A DNA stretch of 64,000 nt from Lingula anatina (taxonomy: Eukaryota; Animalia; Brachiopoda): positions 5,270,001 to 5,334,000 of the forward strand of contig JBPQGU010000016.1 in NCBI GenBank assembly GCA_051362555.1, in the 5' to 3' direction. Made by a program: the position numbers and the translations under genes. How positions within the stretch are numbered: position 1 is the first letter of the stretch; the number at the start of each line of letters is the position of its first letter. Below the pieces are notes generated by a model that did not search any database, was not told where the DNA came from, and saw nothing but the letters and a program-made list of their open reading frames with translations. Of this stretch, positions 52,956-64,000 are shown piece after piece.

Positions 52956-55180
52956 CAGCTGATTCCCCGTGGCATTCCTAAGTAGTACACAGGTGAGATC
53001 TCCAAATTCCAAGTAGCGAAACTCCAGCTCTGGGGAAGTAGAAAAACACGGCCTGAGGAACGAGTAGTCGGAAACCGCTCGCAGATGTTTTCTCTTCGGT
53101 CCAGCTATGTTGTTTGCCTGCGCTGTATCACGATGGAGGTATGGTGTGCTGCGGGACGCTCGAAAAATATCACATTCCCCGTTTTCTTAACTAGCCGACA
53201 GCGTTCATCAGTAGCAGGGTGAAACGTGCACATTTCTGTATCAAAACACCCCAAACCCTGTTCAATGAATTTCCCTCAAGTTCAGTTGTCAATCTGTCTT
53301 GTTGAGAGGAAATAAGTTCACTTTTGGACTAACGCATGTTTGTTTCTAAACACCTTGTCAGTGCACATCCGCCGCGATTTTCTTTAGATGAAGGCAATAA
53401 AGGTAATTTACGTAGTAATTTAAACGCCTGGATCAGCATTAACCTAATTGAATTCAAATAAATTACTTGAATCATCCTTAAGCTTAACACACAGGACGAA
53501 AGCAGTGATGTAAACATCAAGCTACCACAGCCCCCAAGGAGATAACAAATCAGCTTCATTCCCACGAATTACAGTGATAAAAAAGACTGATCCAAAACGG
53601 TTGTTACTTTCAGGATATTTATCATCATCATTTTGTGTATCTGCGGGATCAGTCCAGATTGCCGGTTTTAAAGACTGGGTGATGTCTGTGCTATAAACAT
53701 TAACGGAACAGAGCACATCTTAAACTTACTTTTATTTTATGACTAAAGAGTCTGAATCAGAGAGAGAGAGAGAGAGAGAGAGAGCAAACAGATTCGAAGA
53801 TAATAATATACGGAGATATGACGCCAGTGCCGTCACAACAGACCAAGCATAATCATCTATCATAAGAACAGCCATATCTTGAAATCGAAATGAAAAATGA
53901 AGACTGGTTTCATATTTGACACACACGCACAGATTTGTGGTGAGTTCCACTGCTTTATTGATTTCATCCCGTGTACTCAGACTCAGTATATGGGCCAGGG
54001 ACAGGTGGAACAGAACAGGGCTGAAGATGGATGGATTTCTCAAAGTACATCATAAAAGTATATAACGAGGGTGTCGTATGTCACCAGTAGAATACTAAAA
54101 CAGCTGTGGATTCAAACTATGCAGCAGTAATAAAACTCTCATGATGTGGAGAATACATCACACTATGGAAAATGATTATGGTGAATTTATAGTCAATGAT
54201 ATTTTTTTTTTAATTCAATTTTTTAAAATGTTCAGTAATCATTTAGCACGGTGTATTCCTTGAGTTGCTAATCATAAATAATATCATATCAGATGGTTAT
54301 AACAATAAGACTGTATAACGCCGTAGTGGGACCTGAAAAAGAGTAGAGCAGATTGGGAGTAACTCAGGGGAATGTTGCTGATGTACAGTGCAGGATTGCG
54401 TTTGCGGAGACACGTCACAACCGGTCGCATTTCTCACCAAATTTCCAGACTGCCCAGCTAGTATAATAAATCTATATCACACAGAATCAAGATCGATCAT
54501 AACGCAAAACTCTTGGGTTTTATGTTTTATGACAGGGAATTCATTCTCACTGATTTAAATTAATATGACGAATGAGCTCTCATGTTATCAGAGAGTCTCT
54601 AGATATTTCCATATGTCAACCGACAGACAGGTTTTCTAGTGCTTTCTCAAAATATTCACGTTGCTAGCTATTAGAACCTTCCAGTTACGGTGATCAGTTA
54701 GTTAACACATTATTTTGATGCCATCAGCTCTTTTGGTACCATTTTTAATATTTCATATTGTGGACCTCATTTGCTACAAAATCGGAAACATATGTTGGTG
54801 CAGTAAGATAACGTGACACGTGAAATGTTGCACGTATGACATCATCGGTCGTGTATCAAATGTAATTCCCTTAAAATAGCCTCTCGATTTATCAGGACTT
54901 TCCGCTGCAATCTACCTATTGTGTCAACCCCGGGTAAATATTTGCCCGTTCTTACACCCGAGATAGGCAGGTAAGCTGAATGGGACGCGGGTGACCTGTG
55001 TTTTCCGGGCGTCCTCCTCTGAAGTAGCAATAAATAATTTCGAGTAGAAAGACTTTGCGTCAAGAAAGAGCTATAAGTAAGCATCGTGGAGGTTAACTCC
55101 GCGTATGACGAGATTACAGCGTCTAATAGGTCTGCTAGTAGGATTAGGATAAAAGAGAGATAGGCGAAATCTGCAGATAG

Positions 55181-55201
55181 TTTTATATAGCGTATGACGT
55201 C
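55181..55201 (-). promoter_or_regulatory. Candidate TATA box + CRE-like site (possible distal promoter)
   Basis: Minus strand GACGTCAtacgCTATATAAAA in a locally GC/CpG-richer unique stretch. Confidence 0.25.
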
Positions 55202-55857
55202 TGTAGCCGCGAGTTTTTTTTTCTGGAAGACAGACGCCAGGCAAAGTGACAACTCTACAGCTGGATGTTACCTTTGACAAGCATAATATCGGAAAGAAAA
55301 CTAAGAAGGAGATATTGGATTCTGTAACTAACTAGTACATTGGTTACAACAAAATAAACTTAAGTCGGGTCTTGTTAATGTCAGTGCCCTAGATGTGGAT
55401 GTTACATATTTCGTCTACCACTGCAGGGTTAACCGCAAGATGCTTTGAAACTGTCTAAAATTGTGGCATTATTTCAGACCAACTATTGACACATATTATC
55501 ATAAGACTGTGTTTGTGCTGCCTCGTGCTCGCTAGCGTGCAGAACGCTAATTTAACGTCCCACTACACATCACTGTTCAGACTGTTCACACATGTTTTTG
55601 CATTAATTCAGTTCATCTTGACTAATTAAACAGAAATCAGTAGGTTTGTAATTAAGTTGCCACTCCATTATTATAAGCCCAGACTTCGTGTACTTCCGGC
55701 AATATTTCATTAAGATATGAAGTCGATGAGACGCTTTAAGTGCAGGTGAGCACTAAAACCTGAGGCAGAAATCGATGTTTGGTGTCCGGCCTGAGAGAGA
55801 AGTTAAGATACACGGTTTGAACTGCGCTCTCCTCTGAAAACAGTCGACTTTTCCTGG

Positions 55858-55948
55858 AAATCCCACTACTCATACGCACTCGTATCAAGACTAGCAGTTT
55901 AAAATCCCACTGCTCATATGCACTCGTATCAAGACTAGCAGTTTAAAA
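55858..55948. repeat. Tandem duplication, about 44 bp x2
   Basis: AAATCCCACTRCTCATAYGCACTCGTATCAAGACTAGCAGTTTAA. Confidence 0.85.
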
Positions 55949-57706
55949 AAGGCTAGAATGTCATATTTTACAAGTTAAGCCGATGTTGTGTTAAATCCCT
56001 ATCTAATCAACAAAAAAAGCTGACCTACCTTTTTTAATGAAAAAAAAAACGAAATAAAGCTGCTGTAATATTTATGCTTAAAGATAATGAAAAATCAAAA
56101 TACTGCTGAGTGACTATTTTCATTATTTTTCTGTATCATAATGACCAGTAAGGAGTCCATTTTCGGCGAGTCCTACTCATCAAGAGAAAGAATGCGTCCT
56201 ACCGCGGTATTTAAAGGAAAACATTTCCTGTTCATTGAAAAACAAATATTTTTTTAATTATTTCTACCCCGTGGTCTCCTTAATTAATGGTTAATATTGT
56301 ATTTATCGCAGTTTTATTTTTAAGCGTTTTTGCATTGGCTCAGGAAACTGACGTCAGGATGACGTAGCGAGTCTGCGCCATCGCTCCGTCAACCCGCTTA
56401 CCCACTTACCGTATTCACCATTCTACTCAGGGACTGCACATCTGATGAGTGCACTCAAACGGCGGGAGTCGTTTAGAAAACATTTAAGTTGCAAACGGTG
56501 CTGTAAGCAGGCTCATCCTGAGAGTATTTAGTAAAGCTGTAAAGTATTGTTGCTTTTGACACATGTATCAAACCAAGCTGTCATTAGAGGATTCAAATAT
56601 AAAACCTACGAGGAGTAACATCCAGCTTTATAAATTTGCTGTTTTATCTTTCATGTGATTCTGGATTTGCTATCATACTCATTTACCCATTGCGCAGATT
56701 GAACAGTTGGTTGCAAACTGCTAAACATCTTGTGGTAATTTTACGCATTTATTCATTTATTTATTTTTTAAATAACATTGGCACCAAGCGAAATTTCATA
56801 ATGATCTAGGCGAGCCCAATTGTTGTCTTCTAGGAGAGATATGATGGCCGACAAAGAAAGGCATGAAAAAAACACGATAGACTACACCTGATGAGTATTA
56901 GTCTTTTAAACCACAAGATTTAGATAATGTATAATCAGAGAATGACAACTATAAGTCGCATCACTTGTATATGTAGCTGCACAGATGAAAAAATAAGAAA
57001 GTTGTCCACTTTAGCATCCAAGTCTGACAACAAATGAAGAGAAATCAGTGACACTGCAAGGGCACGTGGGACGCTGATAGATTGCTTAACGCTATTATTC
57101 AAAGATCGACAAATCTATCCGTTAATTGCAAAGTTGTCTTCCTAATCGCTGACATGCACTTAAACCCAATAGATCTTCATTTGCCAAGTAAAAATGACCA
57201 GTAGCGACACCTATATCACTACTCACTAAGTTGATAATAAAAACTGCAATTTGCACCGTACGCGTGTCGCTTTTTAGAGCCTCAAAAAAAAAAGGTGGGT
57301 GTATTCTACAATTACATGTATCTCTCTATGTCAAACAAAAAGATGACTGACATTCAATAAATCTGTCATGTTTTGGAGGAGAAAATCAACGAGAAAACAA
57401 GCACCTAGGGCCTCGCCTTAAACCGGACCGTTTCTTAATAAAATTTTGATATTTACAGACATCTTGAAAAGGCTCTTATACCATAAAACGACCAAGATGC
57501 GCACAGACAAATGTGTCAACTGCCAGAAATAGATCAACTGGAGTAAAGACAGCCAGCCAGAGAGAAAATCATTTCCTTCTTTTCACTTCACTAGTACAAA
57601 AATCAGATAACTATGCCTACATCCGAAGGAATGCTGGACATTCTACTGGGACCAGTTCTGGTTTAAAACACGTCCTTTTTCAATTTCAGTGTCTGATGTC
57701 GTGTGG

Positions 57707-57873
57707 CAGGCCCGTAGCCAGGGGGGTTCGGGGGGTTCGAAAGAACCGCCCCTTTTGCTGGGAAAAGGTCCACTCTGGGTAAAATTTGATCCAGGTATAC
57801 GAAGTTTTTATGGGAAAAGGTCCACTTTTTCCGAAAAAGAACCCCCCTTTTGAAATTGCTGGCTACGGACCTG
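57707..57873. mobile_element. Short MITE with CAGG...CCTG ends
   Basis: TIR CAGGCCCGTAGCCAG / CTGGCTACGGACCTG; 5-bp direct repeat TGTGG on both flanks. Confidence 0.75.
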
Positions 57874-58682
57874 TGTGGTATACATTGTACATGTACCTCT
57901 GCAGTCGACGGTCTACTTAAGGAAGCACAATGCACCTCAAACCCATCCGTTATTTCTTCCTTAAAATGATCGTCCAGTGGCGCGTTTCAGACCCAAACCG
58001 GTAGAGGTTTAAGTCTGAAGACGCCTTCAAAGTACCTGCATGAACATAAGCAACTTCGTTGCATCTTAAATATCGTTTCCTGTTTAGCGCCTAATGCAGC
58101 TCCTTCAAGCAACGACCCATAATGTTCAAAATCACACTGCTGAAGGTTTTATATAAAAAAGAACTGTGTAATCTGACATGCTGAGTAAAGGCCCTTATCA
58201 GTGTAAAACTCCTCTTCTAACTTGGTGTAGCCAGCGCCGAACACCGTCAATCTAAATAGATGTTTTTTTTTTCTTTTTTCATATGTCTTGCCACAGTATG
58301 AAAATCCTGTCTAATCTAAATGGCAAATGTTAGCATAATGATTTAGTATAAAACATTCAATCTCCCCTTCATTGTTCCACTTCATAGATTTCAAATAAAA
58401 CCTTTACCCTCAGTATTTGCCGAGTTGCTATCTGGTAGCTGTAAATCCGACATAAATCTTTATCATTCGAAAAGTTTGTTTTTTATGGCAATTTACATTT
58501 ATGCCACCATATTACCATAATAAAAATATAAGTACGGTCGTAATTTATTTCTAACTTGGTTCACGTTAGTTACATCATATTTGTAACAACCAGCAAGCAT
58601 GCAAGCACCCATACATTACTACACAACAGATCTGTGTACTGGTGGTGACACGTTCATGTGCAGTTCTATCGTTACTTCCTCA

Positions 58683-58866
58683 GCCCCCCTCCCCCCACCA
58701 CCACCACCACTCCCCCCCACCCCAACCCCACCCACCCCATCCCCACCCCCACCCCCACCACCACTCCCCCCCCACCCCCACCCCACCCACCCCATCCCCA
58801 CTCCCACCCCCCCCAATTCCACCCCACCCCCATCCCTACCCCCACCAACCACCAACAACAACAACA
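58683..58866. repeat. C-rich low-complexity tract (G-quadruplex potential on the minus strand)
   Basis: Runs of CCCCA/CCCACC; gives the poly-Pro/Gly ORFs. Confidence 0.85.
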
Positions 58867-59351
58867 GGTTCTTTCCAACCTTTTCCGTCGCCTTCTCATT
58901 CACATTTATTACTGAACGTGTAGTCGGGGCCTGCTAGAGCAATACATTATATTCCTCTCTACCTACTCGTTTAAAAAAGGAATTAGCGTTGTCAGTGAGT
59001 CCGCCTCGTAGGCAGAATTGTTGATAAATAAGACCTAAATACGAGGAGGGATTTACCTCTTGAACTTTAGGAAGTATAGAAAGTCGTCCAACCTCAGATA
59101 TTCCCCTTCAGGCCAACTGAAACGGGGACGGCAGCGTTTAATCTTTCACGATCCAAACACAGGTTTAATATTTAGGGATCAACTTTATATAGAAACAGAC
59201 ACAACGGTAAAAAATATTGTCATAAATGCCTCATCCAGAAGCAGCTGCTGGGGTGCAGAGTAAGCTGCAGAGCATCCGTCACGCAGGGGATTTATCATGA
59301 ATATGTGGTTGATTCTTAAGATTCTGTAGACATAATTGCCACAGGTTGATT

Positions 59352-60185
59352 CTGATAATAATAATAATTATTATTATTATTTCTTAAACCCGCGCTACAC
59401 TTGCGTCTCAGCGCTGTTTACATGGACGTTATAATCATGTTTGGCGAGCAACTTAACGGCAGGCGATGTTGGCCAAGAAGAAGTTTATGTTGCTAAAATA
59501 TTGAATGAACAGCGTGCCACGCTTTCGCTGGTCGTCTTCAAATTTCCAATACTTCCCACTGGAACGGCTTTGGGAAGACATGTCTAATGATAATTTCCTG
59601 AATGTCAATCAACGTGAATGTAATAATAGTTGTCTGTTTGTCTGCCAAATAATAAAATCATAGGCCTGTGAGGATTATTGGCATTTCATTCGTGCTGCAA
59701 ATTCACTTTCAAGTTCACTTTTGCTGCCAAGCACATGTAATTTACAGTAAAAAAAATCCAGACGATACACTTTTCTGCGAAACCTGAAAAAAAAGTAAAT
59801 TTTGCAGGGGGGGTTCTAGCTTCTTCTACATACATGGGTTTCTCAGAAAGGATCTCACGTTCAACAACAAGTTTTGAAAAACATTTTGGGCCACGAATTC
59901 TGTAAATAGACGTACATGTAGCTTTCCGGTCGGTGTGTTAAGTTCCAGGAGAAGATGGGAAAGAGTTGTTTTACAAGCGATGGCTGGCACACCGACGATT
60001 TCTGCACTTAAAAAGCGACAGGCAATGGGATTATTCGTTTTACCCATGCGATGCACCTTTGGAGACACTAATTTGTTTTCAAGGAAACTCGCTGGCCTGT
60101 CAATAAGAGAAATAAAAGCTGACACGCCAAACGGGAGTATGAGATTGCAGGCTATTATAGATCTGAAACCGGCTGCTGTGAACAC
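59352..60185 (-). mobile_element. Degenerate L2-like LINE 3' end
   Basis: Minus-strand 3' tail TGTAAACAGCGCTGAGACGC...GCGC...(AAT)n resembles L2 ends; faint peptide KTTSESVARCSFNILAT; 5' extent uncertain. Confidence 0.45.
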
Positions 60186-60193
60186 TTGTATGA

Positions 60194-60235
<42 letters not shown>

Positions 60236-62473
60236 ATACGTATTTGAGTATTTATATGTATATGAATTCGTAAACCATCTTATCTCTTGTGCTGGGAAGT
60301 GTAAGATTTGACATTAAAAATATTGACATAAAATACTATTTTGGCAAAGTTGCCACAACAGAAACTAGGAAAAGTGGATTTAAATGTTCCGATAATGCAA
60401 CCCAATTACTGCCATGACGTCATCCGCCCTGCTTGATTCTAATATATCCATCGCGCTGTGTCTGACTCGACATGCAGTCGGCTTCTAAAGACAACTTGGC
60501 AAAATAATCAAAACTTATCTGGGCTTGGAAACAGGACAATTTTGAAATCAGTTTTCCTTTTTTCGAAAAGGATAGCTTACCAAACATATAGGGCGAGGCG
60601 CCTTAGTTCGTTAATATGTTTTCCAGCAAAGCCATGTCTTAGACTATGGCAAATACTTAAGATTACAAACCTTATTCCTAAACACATCTCTATTCTTAAA
60701 ACATTTCCTAGCTAAAAAGTTAAATTTAAGCTTATATAACAAACATGTGTATATTGTACATTTTTGTACGGTTCTTCACTTACATTATCCAGCGCACACT
60801 GCAAGCTGTAAGCTGAGCTACCTGTCACGTTAGACAAGCTGATCCTTTTGACTTACATGAGGTACACGCACCTCTTGAATAAATAAAATCAAGAAAAACG
60901 CATCTGTTACTAAAAGAAGATACAGCCCTTCTTAAATATTGCTCAATGTATACTTAAAAAGTGAAAAAGCAAAAGCAACAGGTTGAGCTGCCAGCGGGGT
61001 ATTAATTAACTATTCTGAGCCAGCTTGACTGACAGGTGCTAACTTGATCTTAATACGCGCTTATCAATAATGACGGGATTAACCCAGCTATACATCCGCT
61101 GTAAACGTGAATGATACTTTATTCTCAGATATGTGCAGCCATTATTAATGACAATTAAGATTTACTGACACTATAGAATAAGGTAGAATTTGACGAGCTG
61201 CGTTTAACAATCCACCCCCATTCTTTCTAAATAGTACTAACTCGTGGCAGGGTTGGTTCTAGAAAATGTTCAAACTCAGTGGTTATTGTGTAAAATCTCA
61301 CAATTTTTTTTTTTTTTGAAAAAGATTGCACATCAGCATAAAAGAGCGTCCATCATATTAGTCCTTCATTTGTTGCGCTCCAAAATCTACGAAAGGAGGT
61401 AGTATGTTTGTTGTCTTTGAAAATATCTTGAATATTAGGCAATAAGAGATTTTCAAAGATACGCTTATTATTACTAACATCATAACTCTCAAATCGAAAT
61501 AACCAGTCTTTTATCATGATATTGATTACAAAGTGAAACTGGTAAACGAAGAGCGTTCCTAGTCAGTTATGAGCAGCATGCAGGTGAGTTGACAGAGTTG
61601 GAAGTATTGGAGGCTAGCGTTCTGGTCTCAGTGATCGTCATAAAACGTGTGTGACACCGTCACAACTTGACTAACGACAGGGGACATCAAAGAAGACAAG
61701 GGCACGGAGGGTTACCATCCAAACGGTACAATATAATACATAACCCTCAACTCCATTAACTTTTGTACACAGGCATTAAGCATTGTGAATATGTTCATTA
61801 GAGTCTGACTTCGTCATACAACAAAACCTTTTCTGACTCAAACAGTCCCCCACTCACAATGGTGTTCTCTTTATGGTCCGTGACAGTTTCACCCAGATAA
61901 GCAATAGCGTTACACAATACGGTTAGTGAACTGAAAGAGAAAACCTCCCAATGTGTTCTTTTTCCTCTGACATATGACTGAAAATGATACAAGGCTTCAT
62001 TAAGAATAGGAGTATTCTTTACAGCTCTATAGATTTGATGGTTATTTAGTGCTAGGGTCCAACATAATGTTGGATATTAGTGAAAATAATGTAATTGAAC
62101 TCTCTATTGTCACTGGGTAATGTCACGAGCACACAGACACTTTGTATTCAGCCCCACTATATATGGTGCATCTCTTCTGTATTTTGATGTATGTTACAAA
62201 ACTTTGAGCACTTTCACCTGAACTATCTATTATCTCCCTTTATTTTCAACAGCGATATACTAGGTTGTTGCTTCTTTATTCAATAAAGTGTTTACATTGG
62301 CATATCTTATGAAACATTGGATTTATTTAACAATGTGGATTTAACTGACAACAACAACTTTGATTTCATGGATTTTGTAATATATATTTTAAGATGGATA
62401 TATGTTCGCATTATTATATTTTAACCTTTTGATATTTGCAGATCAGACACGCACATACACACGCACGCACGCA

Positions 62474-62508
<35 letters not shown>

Positions 62509-63858
62509 TGTTGGACAGGTTATCTCAAATTATCATTTATCACACATTTCTGTCCAATAATTTGGTTTTCGATATCAGTCCATTATTTAACAGATATCGC
62601 CATCCAGACCTCGTTATCGTTGAAAACAGCGTTTGTTCACTACTGTTAATCTCTGATGTACATCGCAATAGCCTGAATGCTTAGATTTCTGTTTTGCGTG
62701 TCTATTTTTATTTTTATTTGGCGTGTCAGCTTCTATTCCCAATCACAAGGAAAAATGTATTGATGATTGTTTTTGTATTGTTAATGACGAGCAATGTTGA
62801 CGCCATGTTGATAGCATACTGAGTGACATCCTATAGACAGCATATGGTCGGTATACTGCTCTTGTGTTCAGTTTTATTGATTTTTATCTATTGTCAAATT
62901 CAAATATATACCAGACTCTATGCAAATCACTTCATTGATTACAATGTATCATTTGGCACCATGAAATATAAATTATTATGTTCCTGTTTACTCATATCAT
63001 AAAATAAAGACACCTAAACGTATCCATGGCGACAGGGACAACAAATATGGAGCATATGGACCTTTAGAACTATTTTTTCCATCACTGAACAATGTGAACA
63101 AAAGTGCATCAAATTACAGTCATCTCAAATCAAACATTACTAGCACAAAGTTATGATGCATTTCAGATATAATGGCATCGTTCATATGACGAATCTGTTT
63201 TTGAATGGTGATATAACTATTTTAATTAATTTTTTTTTAGTGACACGTTCAAAATCTTTCTACGCTATAGTGGAATAACAGTAGTTTGTTCAGAGATTCA
63301 TTAAACACACGACGACGTTATTTTCATCGATTGCCAGCACGTGTGTGTACGCGTGCGCGCGCCTTAGAAATAAACTTCTTTAGCTAAAGAGGTTCAGTTA
63401 CTTACATTTGTGAAAACTATCAACATTTCAATAGAGTCAGTTGCAGCCGGAGCTTTAAAACTTTTGAATGAAGTGCAGTCCAGCAGCTACATATAAAACA
63501 GGCGTCGTCCCGTGAATCAGACGATACCCTCCCCCCTCCCCCCCATTATGGGGCTATGTCAGTCCCAGTAGACAGTCAGGGCACCATTGCTGTCCAAAGA
63601 CAGGGACGGTCTCTACAAGTCTTACTGGAGAGCACGCCTGTACTGCCATTTCTTCTTTTAAACATGGCGGTCATTAGCCTTTGCATTCCATATTAAATCT
63701 TAATGACAATGTACTTAAACTTAATTTATGATAACTTATCAGTAGCAGCCATTACAAAGTGCTTTGCTATTTGCGTTTGCTAATTTTATTTTATTGTAGC
63801 TTTCTTGAAGTAAGCTTATTACCAAGTACCTCCCATCTTGAGCGATCTGGAGAGGCAT

Positions 63859-63957
63859 TTACAAAGTAATTTTCCGAGCCAGTGATTTACGTCTTTCTCC
63901 TACAACATTGGCATTTGATGGAGATCTAATCTTTGAGTCGTTCTTCACCTTTCGTAG
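63859..63957 (-). CDS. Candidate 3'-terminal exon of an unidentified upstream gene
   Basis: ttttttattacag|LRKVKNDSKIRSPSNANVVGERRKSLARKITL TAA, with overlapping AATAAA signals about 65 nt downstream (63785-63795); reading phase assumed. Confidence 0.4.
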   Translation of the reverse strand, partial: LRKVKNDSKIRSPSNANVVGERRKSLARKITL

Positions 63958-64000
63958 CTGTAATAAAAAACTGTTCAACCTACCACATAAATACAGGTGA

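Noticed and set aside
58599-58937. Proline-rich/glycine-rich ORFs
   Set aside because: Low-complexity C-tract open in most frames, with no splice support.

Overview
Eukaryotic, AT-rich, repeat-rich DNA from an invertebrate animal (a lophotrochozoan such as a mollusc is my guess; the species cannot be read from the sequence). The main feature is one complete minus-strand gene for cGMP-dependent protein kinase I (PRKG1/foraging-like, with an I-beta-type N-terminus). I assembled 17 coding exons by hand, from ATG 52330 to TAA 12236, giving a 2049-nt CDS (682 aa) with every splice phase consistent and one GC-AG intron. Introns and flanks hold many minisatellites, MITEs with readable TIRs/TSDs, and decayed LINE, Gypsy and mariner fragments. 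The most interesting unannotated signals are: (1) a candidate internal first exon in intron 7 that would splice in frame to give a ~398-aa kinase lacking most of the regulatory region; (2) candidate 17-nt and 16-nt microexons in intron 4 that keep the frame only together; (3) a long-TIR element carrying a RecQ-helicase fragment; (4) local duplications of exon ends and splice donors. The ORF-track entries are almost all spurious. No prokaryotic systems or CRISPR arrays are present.
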